Positions 12,644 to 26,314 of a stretch of 64,000 nt of DNA are shown piece by piece (the first letter of the stretch is position 1; each line of letters begins with the position of its first letter). Source of the DNA: Ptychomitrium polyphyllum (lineage: Eukaryota); contig OZ316776.1 in assembly GCA_973851085.1 (NCBI GenBank), positions 8,246,001-8,310,000 on the forward strand. The letters are read 5' to 3'. The position numbers were made by a program, and so were the translations under genes. The notes under the pieces are model-generated. The model did no database searches, had not been told where the DNA came from, and saw only the letters and a program-made list of their open reading frames with translations.

Positions 12644-15600
12644 TTTTAAGATCAAAGTAACCTCTTTAGCATCCTCTTAAAAGTACCTAAACCTTCTAAA
12701 AACCTCCTTAATTTTCTTTGGTCCTTCTAAAAGCTTCATTTATAGCTTGGTTTTGCAAACAACTTTATATAATAATTCATCAAATATTATACAATAAACT
12801 TTTATATATCCTTTTAGATTAATGGAATTAATAAAATTTAAAAGTTTTAAAAGGTTTAGTAAAATATAAGAAAATTAAAAATGGACTAATAAGCTAAACT
12901 TATATAGTAGTTTTTGAATAAATAATTTGTCAAAAAAATACTACATAGCACTTTTCTATTAGTTTAGGTTATTAAATAAGATGATGCTTTATGAAAAAAA
13001 TTATTATTTTTGCACTAGCACCAAAGTTTAAACTATAGTTTACAATTCTTAAAAATTAATTGAAAGTGTACATTGTACAAAAATACATGAATAAAACATT
13101 AGCCAAATCTTTAAAATCTTCAAAACCTTTAAAATAATATGAAGAAAAAATGTTTTTTATAGGAAATATTAATAGGATACTATAATTTGGTGAAAATAGC
13201 GTTTACTAGGTTAACAATTTTTTCTCTCTGTAATAAGTCTCCTTTTTCTTTCCTTAATAAAATTATACATAAAAAAATATATGTTAGTAAAAGTGAGAGA
13301 AAATGAACAAAGATTCTATGTATTGGATTTGTAATATTAATCCTCATCAGCCTTAAATTTTTTTGTGTTTATTAATGCAACACCCTAATTTACTTCACAA
13401 TTCTACATATTGTACATGTTTCAAACAACCTTTACATTGCAAATTTTTTTTTCATCATGTCAGTGTTTCTTATGCAAAGCGACACTCTTTGTTATAGTAG
13501 CTTGATTGCCATTGACAAGTTCCTTGCATGCTTTGCATTACACAGTTATTCATCCGTTTTCAACTTGACAAAGCTCTTTGCTCAAATGACATCATTATTA
13601 CATTTTTCATTATTTTTGTAAGTTTTGAAACTTCAAGCACACATAGTTGCTAATTGTAATTTCAAGGTTGTATTTTTTAAGCCCCTGAGCATTATGCCAA
13701 TGGTGCTATTGAAATGGAAAGAATTTTTAAAAATAAAATAAAATGTTAAGTTGGCATTTTTGTATATATAAAGCATCAGAGAAATAGGCATCAATTAGCA
13801 AGAAGTCTGCTAATCCATAACATAAGCCCTTCTAAATCAAGATTAATAGAAACAATTATATTTCTTGCAACGTATTAGAAAAAATTCTAATACAACAGTG
13901 TAGAAGTTGCTTAAATACTACTATAAGTTTCCTTCAATGCAACAAATATATATAGCATTCTTTAAACTCTTATTTATGTATAATTTTTATTTATTTATTT
14001 AATCATCACAAATTGAATTTTTTTTTATAAACTTTTTATTGCTTAGTATGTTGTAATAGATTCTAAAAAGGAAGGATAGTCTTAAAATTTAATGTACACT
14101 CCATGTTAATTGGTTTACATTAAATTTCTTAAGTTTATTGCCATCAAATAAAGTTTATAAGCAACTAATAATATAAATTTGTAAATTTGTATGATCTCAT
14201 ATATGGTCTAATTTATATGATAAGTTTTGTAGAAAAAATGTATTAGCATTTGAGATGTTATGCAATCTATTGTTTCTAAAAATGGTGAATTATTTAAAAT
14301 CTATCTAAACTATATATTTTCAAATTTACATGAATTGATTTTATAATTTTTTAAAAAACATGTTTAAAAAGCCTTTTAAAATCTAATTTTATTAAACATT
14401 GTAGGTGTAACATTGCCAACACATCATCAATATAATATAAACTTTGCAATAATTTATTATTGCAAAGTAAAAAATATTAATACAATAATTTGTACTTTTG
14501 TAATATGAAGTCTTCCAACTTTAACATTTAATGGAATTGTAGAATTGTATAGTGGTTTGAACATTTGATTTATTTCCTATACATTAATATTATATTAATA
14601 TTATTACTTAAATGTTTGAATAAATATTTCTTTTGTGCATTCATTTGTATTTTAAATAATTGATGATAGTGCATCTTCTAATGGATAATAAACCTATAAT
14701 TTAAGTACTTTTGTAATGGTGAATGTAAGAACAATAATTGCATCAATTAATATTACATATGATGTTCAAAAAATCATCATTATATTGCATTTATACAATG
14801 AAAAAATCTTACATGGTTTAATAAATTAGAATTGAAAATGGAAGTAGTATATATATAACAAAGAACTTTGTTTTACCCAAATAAATAATTTTTATATTTA
14901 GACTTTGATTTTATTATGCTAATGTGTTTTTTTGTATATACATAATTCTTTGGTTTAAAAAAAATCCAAATTGTAATATGTATATATCTCTAATTTACAT
15001 TGTATAAAAAGCACATGTAGAAATATTTTGAAAATAAATGTTAATGCACTTGATATTAGGTACAAATACTAATTCAACCTTTGGATTTTAATAATCAATG
15101 ATTAATTAATAAATTTAATCACAACAACCTTAAATCAATAATACATTTAATGTGTAATTTTAAAAAAAAATTCTTAATCAAATTTTCAAAAAAGATTTTG
15201 AAATTGCAGCAAATGTTTAAATTTGTTTATAATCCATACAATTCTTTGATAGCATGATTTTGAACAATATAGCATCTAGACTATATATTCTACTCTATAT
15301 AACTTTCATTTTTGCTACTGTTTATTATTATTTGCATTCAGAATATTTCTTTGAGTCTTAGACTAAGTAATTGCTATTCAAGCAATTTGAATTATTGTAA
15401 TAATTTTTTACCGATACTTTATGTGTAGTAAATTGAGAATATAATCTACAAAAGAATGTAGTGTAAAAAAGAACATTATAATTCCATCATATATATCTAT
15501 ATATATATATATATTAATTTTTTAATTTTTTTTTTCTGCACTTATAAGCATTTATAAATCTCACTTTTACTTCTATTTTTTATTTTTTTATTTTATTATT

Positions 15601-16255
15601 TTATTATTTTATTTTATTATTTATTTTTTCAACCTTTTTATTGTTTAATATTTTAACTTTTATTGCTCTTGTATTTTTATTGATTTATCTTTTCTTTTTT
15701 AAATTATTTTACTTTTTTAATTTTATAATTGTAAAAATACTAGCATTAAATAATTTTACATTGAAGATGTAATGGCGACCTTACCTTTTTAATTTAACAA
15801 TTATAAAATTAGTAATCCAATATTTTATAATTAGAAATCCAATAAAATAAATTTTATAATTAGAAATCCATCATCACCCTACAAACCTTTACTTAACCTA
15901 AAACCAGCATTGAGTTTGTAGATTTCAGAGATTCAGATGTAGCCGTTTTGTAGATAAGGATGGTTCGGCGTTTCGTTGAGGCCGTCATGTGGTGTGCTGG
16001 GCTGCAGCGGAGCCTCTCTTTGGCGATGGTGTTGAAGCGTCGTGTTCATGAAATCTGCTCTTTCTGCAGCTATTTGGTACGATTTCATAGCTTTGGTCCC
16101 CTCTGGTCTTGTGATGTGATTTTGATTGTTGCAAGCAAGTGATAGGCGGCTGCGATGTGACACTGGTGGGGAAACCGAGAGAACGCTCAAGGTAGCGCTT
16201 CCGAACTCTTGTGATCGAGGCGAGGGTTTTGTGGGGCCACGGACAACGGTCAGCT

Positions 16256-17233
16256 ATGGTGGTGTTCCACAACCGCTACATGGTGCTGGAGATGGTGGCC
16301 AGCCACGGCCTCCGACTGGCGGATGTCAAGATCGCACATAGCGATGTGGTGAGCGCCGTCCATGAGAGTCTTCTAGCCAATTTTGGCGAGTATGGGCTTG
16401 CCGCTAGCCTTCCGTCGCTTCAAGGTGTGTTGAAACGTCCTCAGTCTTGTGGATTCTGTCTATTTGCCGATCTGGAGGGAAGTTAAATTTTTTCACTTCA
16501 CTTAAGGGTTAAGGTTTGTGGGCATGGTGAAGATGGTGAGTTTGTGGGTGATTGAGTTTTGATGTTGTGGCTTGTGAGATTTCGAGTATTGTGGAGGAGA
16601 GCCTTTCAGGTTAACTTGGCATTGGGAGGTGTGGTGTTTCGGTGTTGTTGAGAAGTTTTAGTGTTGGATGGAATCGATGGGGTTAGAAATAATTTATATG
16701 CAATGTTGGAGATCTTTTTTAAAATTCAGATGTGACTTTGCTGTGTCAACTTTGTGGGAATTTAGATCTTAATTAACGCTTGTTGATATGTGCAGTCAAG
16801 TACGTGAATGGAGGTACAGGGGTATGTGTGATACGGAGCAGCCGGAAACAGTATCGTCTGGTATGGGCTGCCATCACCTTCATTACAGAAATACGAAAGT
16901 TGCCGCTGTTTTTCAACCTTCTTGATTTGAGCGGTAAGATTCTGGTGGCTGCTTTTTGGGTTGATGTGGATAGTGCTGTGGATGTGGTTGTTCTCTCCAC
17001 CATGGCGATGACTTTGTAGTTAGTTTAGATTTTCTGTGATTTAAGGTTTAGGGTGATTTTTGAATCGGGCTTGTTTGATGGGTGCTACAGGCAGTACAAG
17101 TGCTTGTCGCCGGGCAGCTTATCAATGTGACTCGGAGAAGTTAAGGTTATTGAAGCTGGACAAGCACACACTATCAGCAGAGCAACTGGAATATGCAGAA
17201 TCGATGCAAAGTAGACTTGCGTCGCTTGATTGA
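16256..17233 (+). CDS. POP5: RNase P/MRP protein subunit POP5 (Rpp14/Pop5 family); exons 16256-16424, 16796-16933, 17091-17233
   Basis: The spliced product MVVFHNRYMVLE...SLLANFGEYGLAASLPSLQVKYVNGGTGVCVIRSSR...VWAAITFITEI...LLDLSGSTSACRRAA matches plant POP5. GT-AG introns keep the frame. Confidence 0.88.
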
Positions 17234-20200
17234 TATTCATAAACGTAGAGGTGTACAAGCTTTGATTATGGACCCTCAAGTGCTACCAAGACCTGCTTAA
17301 TAGTGTTTGAGCAATCTCTACTACAGGTACGACTCTAGAATTCATGACCAATTTTATTGATGCTTGAAGATATTCGAGGCCCTTTATGAAAGGGAACAAG
17401 TAAGCACTAAGACGTTGAATTCTGGATGAAAGCTGATTGTAGGAGTCATTTTCTTTTGAACTATCTGAACATGACTCTGTTTACAAAGTCTCTTTTCATT
17501 TGTGAAGATTTTATTTGTACGAAAAGAAATTACTCAGGAAGTCCTTAAATTGGATTAAGACGAATCTAGGATAGCTAATAAAAACGGTGCGTGCCAGGTA
17601 GATCTTTCTATCTGAGAAGTGTTTTCTGAGTACCATTAGTTGAAGTACAGCTCAAAAGTTGTTCTAACACTGGTTTATGTTCGTTGCAGATAATCTATTG
17701 AGCAGTATTCCTAGCAGGCATTATTTTTTGAAAGGGAACCAAATCAGCAGCTTTAATGTTAAAGTTTCATTATTATCAGGATTTACTCAGATCGTCTTAT
17801 CATTTAGTAGTTGATACAGCTCTTGCTATCAAACCACGTACACCTTCTGGAAATAAATCTTCTGGATGCACCTCTTGAAGCTAAAGACGTGACAAATTGG
17901 TGCAAGGACGATTCTTGTCACTCTTGTGATAGATGTTATTATAATTCTAGCGAAAATGAGAATAAAGTTAAATTGAAATTTATGACATTTGTGTGAGGGT
18001 AGTACTGAAGAATTAATTATTAAACACCATATCCTTATAATGTAATACAATTGCTGCATGCATCTATTTTTTCTAGAAGATTTTGCCTTTTATTTCAGTG
18101 TAGATTTGTGAATGAAGTCGTTGTAGCCTTGATCAAGTATTATTTCTGTTCTACTTCGATACCGTATTTGATAGCAGAATGATTGCGTGACTAAATCATT
18201 TTAGTGAAATGAATAGATTGTGTTGTTTTTATTTATTGTGTCCCAGTTTTGTGTACTCAAGAGAAGATTGCTCTAACTACTGTAACATGCTGTTGCATTC
18301 TATAAATCAGGGTCCTCAGTGTTAGGGCTGTGGTCTGGCTCACGAGGGTTGTGAGTGACTTCTAAACAAATATGGTCCTTCTGGCAGCTCAGTAGTTCTT
18401 AATGTGCATTTAGTGGCCTTTTTGGTGAAATTTATCTTCATCAGCAAACGTCTTTCTTTGAGATCATTGCTCCTATGGCGTTATACATCTTTTGATCACT
18501 CTGCCTGATTACTCTCTTGCACCTAACTATGTTTCTCCTCGAATGTTTTCCAATATGTACGGTCATTGCAGAGATGAACAAGTCTTAAACTGATGTTGTG
18601 AATGCCTGGTTTTGTAACCCAACTGCATAGTCACACCCAGGAAGCACCTGAAGAATACTATTGTGTACAATATTGATCAATAACCCCCAAGGAATTCGTG
18701 GACTAGTGCCCTTCAACATTTTTATCTGGAATGATATTCCTTAGATGTCCTTGGCCTACACTTGGGAGACTTATGACAAATGCTCTACCAATAGTTAATG
18801 GTATAAACTCGTTAATCTTGGATTAAGCATTCGAGGCTAAATTAGAGTGGAGGGTTCTGGACACTTAGGCGGCCTTGTGGGGCTCACATTGGGCTATCAC
18901 GCCGGTAAGTTTCTTCAGAATATCTCGTTTTCTGCAGTCTAGCTTCCATGCAATTATGCATACCCAAATATTAAATAAGACGTCTTAGCCTTGCGTGCTG
19001 TGCGTGACTTCCAAGGCCCAGAGCTGACGGCCCAAATCTGCCACGGTATTGGCCAATTTTTTTTATGTACCTTGGATGACTACTTCAACCTCTCCTGGTT
19101 TAGGGTGGACCATACATGAGTAAATCAACGTGATATCAGGACCAGCTTCACCACAATACTTGATTAGTCTCCAAAGTGAGAATCACAACCTTGCACACGC
19201 CATGATACCTCGATGCACTGTCTTTTTTCGGCAAGTACAGTAGCTGTACAAGACCATGACGGTACATGAGTTGTCCCCGGATGTCTTTTCAGTAATACTC
19301 AGCCCCAAGTTTATCAGGAATGTACCTCCGCATCTTATCAACTGTACAATTCTTTTACGCCCAATCCAGTTCGTCGTGATCATATCTTCAACGCACCACA
19401 AGTGTGGAATGTAGAACATCTACTGAATTCACTGTGGCCCACAGTTTCTTTGGTTTGCTATACAGTATGACTGTGGGGAGGTAGTTCTCCCTACTCCTGT
19501 TACGTGATTGGTCACTGTAAACATACTGTGTTGTACTAGATTATATTTTCATGGCAATAATCCTTATTTTTTTCCCCCTTAGACTAGCTGCCTAACATTC
19601 TGATTACCCACAGTTAAGAATCCAACCTCAACATAGCCGTGGTACTAAGTTACTCCTAGTGAGCACATCCTAGTTGCAGATATGCAGATAAGAAGAAACA
19701 CAAAACCTGCAAGGACTGTGCGCATCATTTCCAAAGCCAAAGCTGACCAAAACCATCTGACTTGGGCCTGCCACCTGGGCCACAAATTAGGCTCTGAGAA
19801 TGCACCTTAGAAATCCAAAGTCAGACAGACACTGGTGTTTTTCTTGATTTTTGTTTTCTCAACATACTTAACATCGATGTGCTGCGCAGGGCCGGACTGA
19901 GTCAAGTTCAGATCCCAGGGGTAAGTACATACCACTCTCTGTAGCTAGGCTGAGTAGATCATTGCATCGCAGGTATAGAGGACATGCAGGCTGACATAGG
20001 GTACAAGTATCTCTCACCACATGAATGATGATCCAGAACATCTTCCCGGGCATTTCAAAGCATTGTCTTACTCCATCGTCAGCGTTAGACTCACATGGTG
20101 GTTGTCGGTTTACTCTAAAAAATTTCTATTTATGCTAGGCTTCGAACTTCTTGTGACTTCGCTCTTTTTATTTGTGAAAAGAGAATTAGAAGAACGTGTG

Positions 20201-20267
20201 GTTTTGAAGAGTGACTTGGGCCTTGTTTTGAAGACATTCGAGGGCAACTGGGTGATTAGTAGAAAGG

Positions 20268-20492
20268 ATGCTTCCGTTTTTCATCTTCTCTCTTCTGGTG
20301 TTCTTGATCGTGAATATGTCTATAGTGCCGGCACTGCAGCAGCAGAGCCAGGAGGTGGTGGACCAAGCGGTGGGTATGTGGGGCGTGCCGTCGTTGTTCG
20401 GAGCGGTGTCCGCGTTAGTGTTAATGTTGGTGTGTGTTCCGGGCGGTCCTTTGGAGCCTGTGGTTAACCAAGTCAAGAACTTCCAATACTAG
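20268..20492 (+). CDS. Putative 74-aa small protein with two hydrophobic segments
   Basis: ATG-initiated single-exon ORF in a locally GC-richer stretch, with hydrophobic runs at about aa 2-21 and aa 36-58. No recognised homolog. Confidence 0.35.
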   Translation: MLPFFIFSLLVFLIVNMSIVPALQQQSQEVVDQAVGMWGVPSLFGAVSALVLMLVCVPGGPLEPVVNQVKNFQY

Positions 20493-22457
20493 TTGTGACA
20501 CTGAGTAACTCTACATTAATAGACATTTCATTCCAAGAGATTAATTTCCTATGTTCGCAAGGGTTTCGAGGTTTTATGTACATCTCCGGTTCGTCAACAT
20601 CATCTACAGCTCGTGAGACAAGCAAGACGCTAGAGCCTCCGCAGGTGAGCAGCAATGATACCATAACCACACCACACCAAACAGTCATCTGCAGATTTCA
20701 TTTCGCTAGCCGCTTACTTGTAATAAATGGTTATCTGAATCATTAGTAAATGTCGGTAGAGTATTCTCTGTTCTGCAGTTTCGGTCTAATTTCGATTGCA
20801 AAGCAGGAAAATTACTGTTGATAAAATTTCTGCTTGAGTCAACATGCATGTCTTCCTCCTGTGCATTTATGAATGCAATGACAACAATATCGCTTCAAAC
20901 TTTACTCTTCAACTCATCAAATGGCGCCTATGCACAAAAACAAGTTGTAATGTGAAGGCCTCGCGCATCTAGAAATAACTGAAACTTCCCAGCTTAGATT
21001 GGTTTGCTCATGTTACACGCTTGAAAAGAGAGCGATTTTAGGGATGTGCTAGTTGAGAACAGCCTTGTTCCCCTCCTCCATTGCTAAAAAATCTGTTGTT
21101 TTTTCGTTGTGATTTCAGATAACGACCAAGTGCTGGTCTGATGGACCGGAGCACATGACGCCTACCCTTGTTCCGTGATCCTTGTATATCAGGTACTATC
21201 CTCCAGTCAGATAACACCTCCACAATCAGCTTCATCACCTAGATTAATACTGGGAGGACGTGACCGTGTTGTACATTCCTTCAAGCGTTGATCACGATTC
21301 CTAGAGAAAGGAGCTAGTATTTGGTACTAGACGATCTGCATCGGTTGTCTTAGGTTTTCATATGTACTGCAACACCCTGGTGATCAAGTACGCAGGTCAC
21401 TGTTGTCAAGGCTAAATAGCCATGGACAGCAGCGGAGGGAGTTCTCCAAAACCTTCACCACGTTTCGAAGGTTCTAATCACAAGTCATGAACTTATGAAT
21501 GGCTGCTAAGAATTCTGTTGAAGTAGGGTAGTTGTTAATTAGTAACCTGACTTCTCCAAGTTTGTCGGAACTGAACACACTCGTTGTGTTTGTATTCTCT
21601 AGTTTCTTACATGTAGTAATCGAAACAATGTAATTTATCTGAGCTGACAGCGCTTATCAAAAATGTTTTCGATTTGATTCCTTTCTTTTCTTTTCTTTTG
21701 GTTCATTGTGTGTTTATAGTTATAGTAATCACGATCATCAGCGTTTGGTGTCTCTAGCAGAGTATCCACTGGAGATCCAGACCCCTGTATGACTTTAGAA
21801 GCAGGTTTCTTACCTTGAGCTGTAGAAGATGTATCCCTAAACTTCCCTGCTTTGTTGAGTCTAGGGAAACTAGTGTAGTTGGTACCATAGTTTTGCCATA
21901 ATTTTTATGGATACCAAAGTGGTAGAGGAGATGTACAGTGGTAAGGGAGAAGTTACAAACAAACACCCATGTATATTATATGTTTTTTTTAATCTACTTT
22001 TTAACACTGTTATCTTATCTTTAGGCATTTTGTTACTGGAAAGCGTGAGTGTGTTCCAATTTCATAAAAAAAAAATTCAAGAATGGCATTTATGACTTTT
22101 GACACAATTTTGAAAGTAGAATGTGAATAAAACATTTTATTACCATGTAATCTATCATACAAAAACTTCACATTTATTCATGTAAATTAATCTTAAATCA
22201 ACGTTATCTTAGTGATGTAAATTACATGTTGTAATAGAAGTATGATACAAATAATTTTAAAAACTAGTGATTAAGTTTTATATTAAATATTATTTTGATT
22301 CATTGATGGAATGAATCTGATAATTCAGTTCATACAATTTGGCTTTGCTACATTCTAAATATAAAACTATGTAAACAAAACACAATGAAACATTACATCT
22401 TTCTTTGTTTGTCTCATTTCTTTATAATGTTGATTTTTGTTTAGATATTTTATTAAA

Positions 22458-25400
22458 CTATTTTTCTTTCTTCTGTTTTTCATGTTGTGCATTTGTATAT
22501 TGAGGTGTTTCATTTCTTTTAATCTCATGGAAACACTCCGCTTCATCATCTTGACTTTCAACTAATTTCTTGGAAACATCAGTTGATGTTGTGGGAACAA
22601 TGTTATCGCTACATGTTGTGTTTATTTTCTTTTTTTCATGTACATTTTTTGTTTTCTTCAAAGGAATGAAAATTTTATTATTTAAATTAGTATATACTTC
22701 AATTATACTCATTACAATTCATATTCAAGTCAAGCATTGTTACTTTTGTTACAGGTATATATACATAAATTTATAAGTATTATAAAGCTTATGTAATTAA
22801 TTGATGAATTCTATTTTCTAATATGCCAATTAAGAACTGGAGGTGGAAATTTACTAGTACTTTTGATGAATCATTTTTTGCATATGTAAGGCTATAGATT
22901 GAAATAAGGAGCACTGGAATTGTTCCAAAGAATCCAATGAGTAAAATCGAGTTTTCTTCAATGGTTTTTATTACAGCCTATAAGCATAAGTAAAATTTTT
23001 AAATGGATGAATATCATTTTTAGAAGGATACAGTTTCCAACATATAAAACCACTGGAATCTTATTCAAAAGTTAACATTTTTATTAACATACTCAGTGAT
23101 ACAAGTTGAAGAAACTTACAACAAACTGGTATTTGTAGGGCTTCAAAAATGATAAGTAATTTGTAAGCCAATCAATCATTTTATAAAACCCTTTAAACGC
23201 TGTCTTCTGCAGTTCTCCAGAAAACAAATAATTTTTTTTTAAATCACAGAAATGAAAAAATAAAAATATTTCATGTAAATCTTCACTTCTAAAAATATTA
23301 AAATCCAAAAATTCTAAAATAGTGTATTTTACTTTCTGAGTATCGTATCAAAAACTTGAATCAAGAATTTGTATTCTTAATAACATATTTAGTGTGTAGT
23401 ACTGCATTCTCAACAACCTAGTTTTTCATTAAACAACTTTTTCTCTTACCTTAATTGAAGAGGGACTTTTTATTATCTCTTTCATGGATGGTTTCGCTTC
23501 ACCTTCATCTTCAACCTGTTTCTCAGCCCTGATCTTCTTCCCCCAAGTTTGAGCTCTTATTTCAGAAGCAAGAGTTTCATTGTTGGTGATCAAAATGTTA
23601 TCAAACACTATTCCATCATCCATACTCCAAATCTCAATGCCAACTCTTCCTATCTTCTCAAACTGAGGCCTTGTCGCTTGATAATACTCTGGGTTTGGTA
23701 TTTGCTTTGCTTCCCATATGCCGTCATAATTCGGATTATCAATCAAGGGAGCACTCCATTTTCCTCTGAAGGCAGGATTGCTCTTTGTTGGAGGTTTCCA
23801 AGGACCACATCCAGGAGCATCTTCACACTTTGGATTTTCAACTTTTTCTTGCTCCCACTCTCCATCCTCTACGTCGTCCCAGTCTGCTGGTTTGCTGGAG
23901 TTTGGATCGTCTATCTCGTCAGGTTCATCATCCAACCATCCCTGAAGACAAAAAACCTACCGGAAGGTGTAATCTGAAGTTGCCACTTACATCTTAACTG
24001 CAATTACATCGTCATGATCTAGAGGCAGTTCGATTATATAACCTTTCTAAGAACTGACTACGTGTGATGTTTACAGAACAGGATTACCAACTATAACCTA
24101 GATGGAAGCAGTAACGACGTTGTCACCTCCGGTTTCTTAGCATCAAGATCGATGATCCTACGTGGAGCATCTTCATCCCAGTCTGTAGGCTTCGACGCAC
24201 GCGGATCCGGAATCTTTTGACGCTCGTCCCAAGTCGATGGCTTCCTGTCCGCTGGATCGGGTATCATAATAGGAGGCACAAGTGCGGGCTCAAAGTCACC
24301 GTTCATAAAGTCACAAATCTTAGCAGTGTTTCCATCGACGAAAACCTTCACGGTATTCGTCGTAGGATATATTGTTGCTGTGTACACGTGGGTGAACCTG
24401 TCTTTTTCCACCAAAGCAGGATGCTTCATGTGATGTTCTATGACTTTGTGAGTGGTAGGGTTTTTGTGGCGAAAGATGAAGTGGACTTTGTTTGTTGATC
24501 CACATTTGTCAGCTCCGAACATTATTGAATATGGGGTGTCATTGTCGACTTCATCTTTTTCGGTTTCATCAACCTACCAGATGAGAACAACATTAAGGAA
24601 AAATTGGGGTTTTTGTACCGCGAAGGCTTTTGTTGTGACGTATTTTACTCATAATCATGCCAAGGTTTAGGTTTAGGTTTGAGAAAAAAGTGAGGTTATT
24701 GGAAGGAAATATATGATTGCATTGAAAGGAACAAGTTGAAGTAGATGAACTTGTGATGAAAATGATGGTACCTTAGGAAGGAGGAACTTCAAGTATGCAC
24801 CTGCACAATTGATTCCTTTTTGAAACCGAACATCATACTGGAATGTCAAAGTTTCTTCGTTAGGATCCGTTATGTGAGGTAAGTTATAAGAAATTCCATA
24901 TTTCTTCGCTTTTTCACTAACAATCAAACCATAATCATCATGATCATTACTCTTTCCATATTTCCATTTTCCTACAAGTATTCATTTAGTGTTTGAATTC
25001 ATAACATTTGCATGTTTAATAACAATATTACAATTGATATTTATGATTCAATATTTATTGATCTTCTGAAATCTAATGGAATAATAGTGTAATAAGAACA
25101 TTAATGTGGAGTTGTGTTAAATTATTTTACAAATCATATTTCAATAAAACCAAGATGAATTAAAGTTTTGTATTTATTAAAAGTGCTTAAGACTATTTTA
25201 GATTAAAACATGTATCAAAAAATTTATTCATTGAATACTATAGAAATTAATTATAAAGTCGATAGTTGAAAATTAAATATCTACCAAACGTTCGTGTAAA
25301 TAAGTGGATCTTTTTAAAGATTGAATAACATACAATATAATGTCAATCAATAGATGCTAAGTATATTTATTTGCAATATTAGAAATTACCTTTATAATCA

Positions 25401-26314
25401 TTATTTTTTGTAACAAACCATCGACCTTTCCAATTTGTATTAAAAGCTTCATAAAAAGTCTGCAAGAACATTATATGTATAATTTAGATATTTTTTGTCA
25501 TGAATGTATGAAGTTCAAAAATATAATTAAACATTAATAAAAAGAATTTACTTAATTTCATACATATTCAACATTCAAATTGTTTCAAGATAATTTTGTA
25601 TAATACTTCAAAAATATCATTAATTATGTCAATTTGATTTTTTAGTTTTAAATTGTTTTATAACCTAAATTCTATCATTTTATAAAAACATAAATTTATA
25701 TTTTAAATGTTTCAAACAAATTTGGATACGAAATTTCTATTATTTTTTTTAAAGAAAACTATCAATTTGTAGTTTAATTTATAACAAAGTGTAATTTTAT
25801 GAAATTGTGTACTTTCAAAATTATGTGAATTAAGCATGTGTTATTTTTATAAATAACATGGTTACAATCTATGATTATGCAATTACAATTTTATTTCAAA
25901 CTGAAAATCATATATTGCAAAGTAGATCATTTTAGGGATTCAAAAATAATTGGGATTAAGATATGATATCTTTATAATTATTACATAAAACATATAGCAA
26001 AAATATCATATTTTATTTCTATTTTTATTTAATAAAGTAAAAATAATGTTTTGTATAAAAATTCAATATCATTGGTAATTAAATAATATTGAAGAACTAT
26101 TTTGTATTCTTTTCTTTTGTAAGATTTTATTGTTGAAAATAACATCCTTTCACGAAATTATCAATTGCTCAATATGTTGAATGTAGTTATAAAAGTTTGC
26201 AAGAATAACAAGTGATTAGAATAATACTATATCTTTGGATGCAACAACTGATGTTGTTGAAACTGCCACAAAAAAAACTCCAATAATTTGCATCCATAGT
26301 ATTGACCTTTCCAT
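22458..26314 (-). CDS. CNX: Calnexin (divergent paralog), 8 exons
   Basis: Signal-peptide exon 26314-26228 (MERSILWMQIIGVFFVAVSTTSVVA); FYEAFNTNWKGRW; INCAGAYLKFL; YSIMFGADKCGSTNKVHFIFRHKNP; P-domain repeats (IPDPADRKPSTWD, IDDPNSSKPADWD, GKWSAPLIDNPNY); GIEIWSMDDGIVFDN; TM exon about 22977-22861; tail ending KKEK at stop 22458. Confidence 0.85.

Noticed and set aside
18800..19900. Small palindromes as a possible miRNA precursor
   Set aside because: Stems are too short and no known mature miRNA was recognised.
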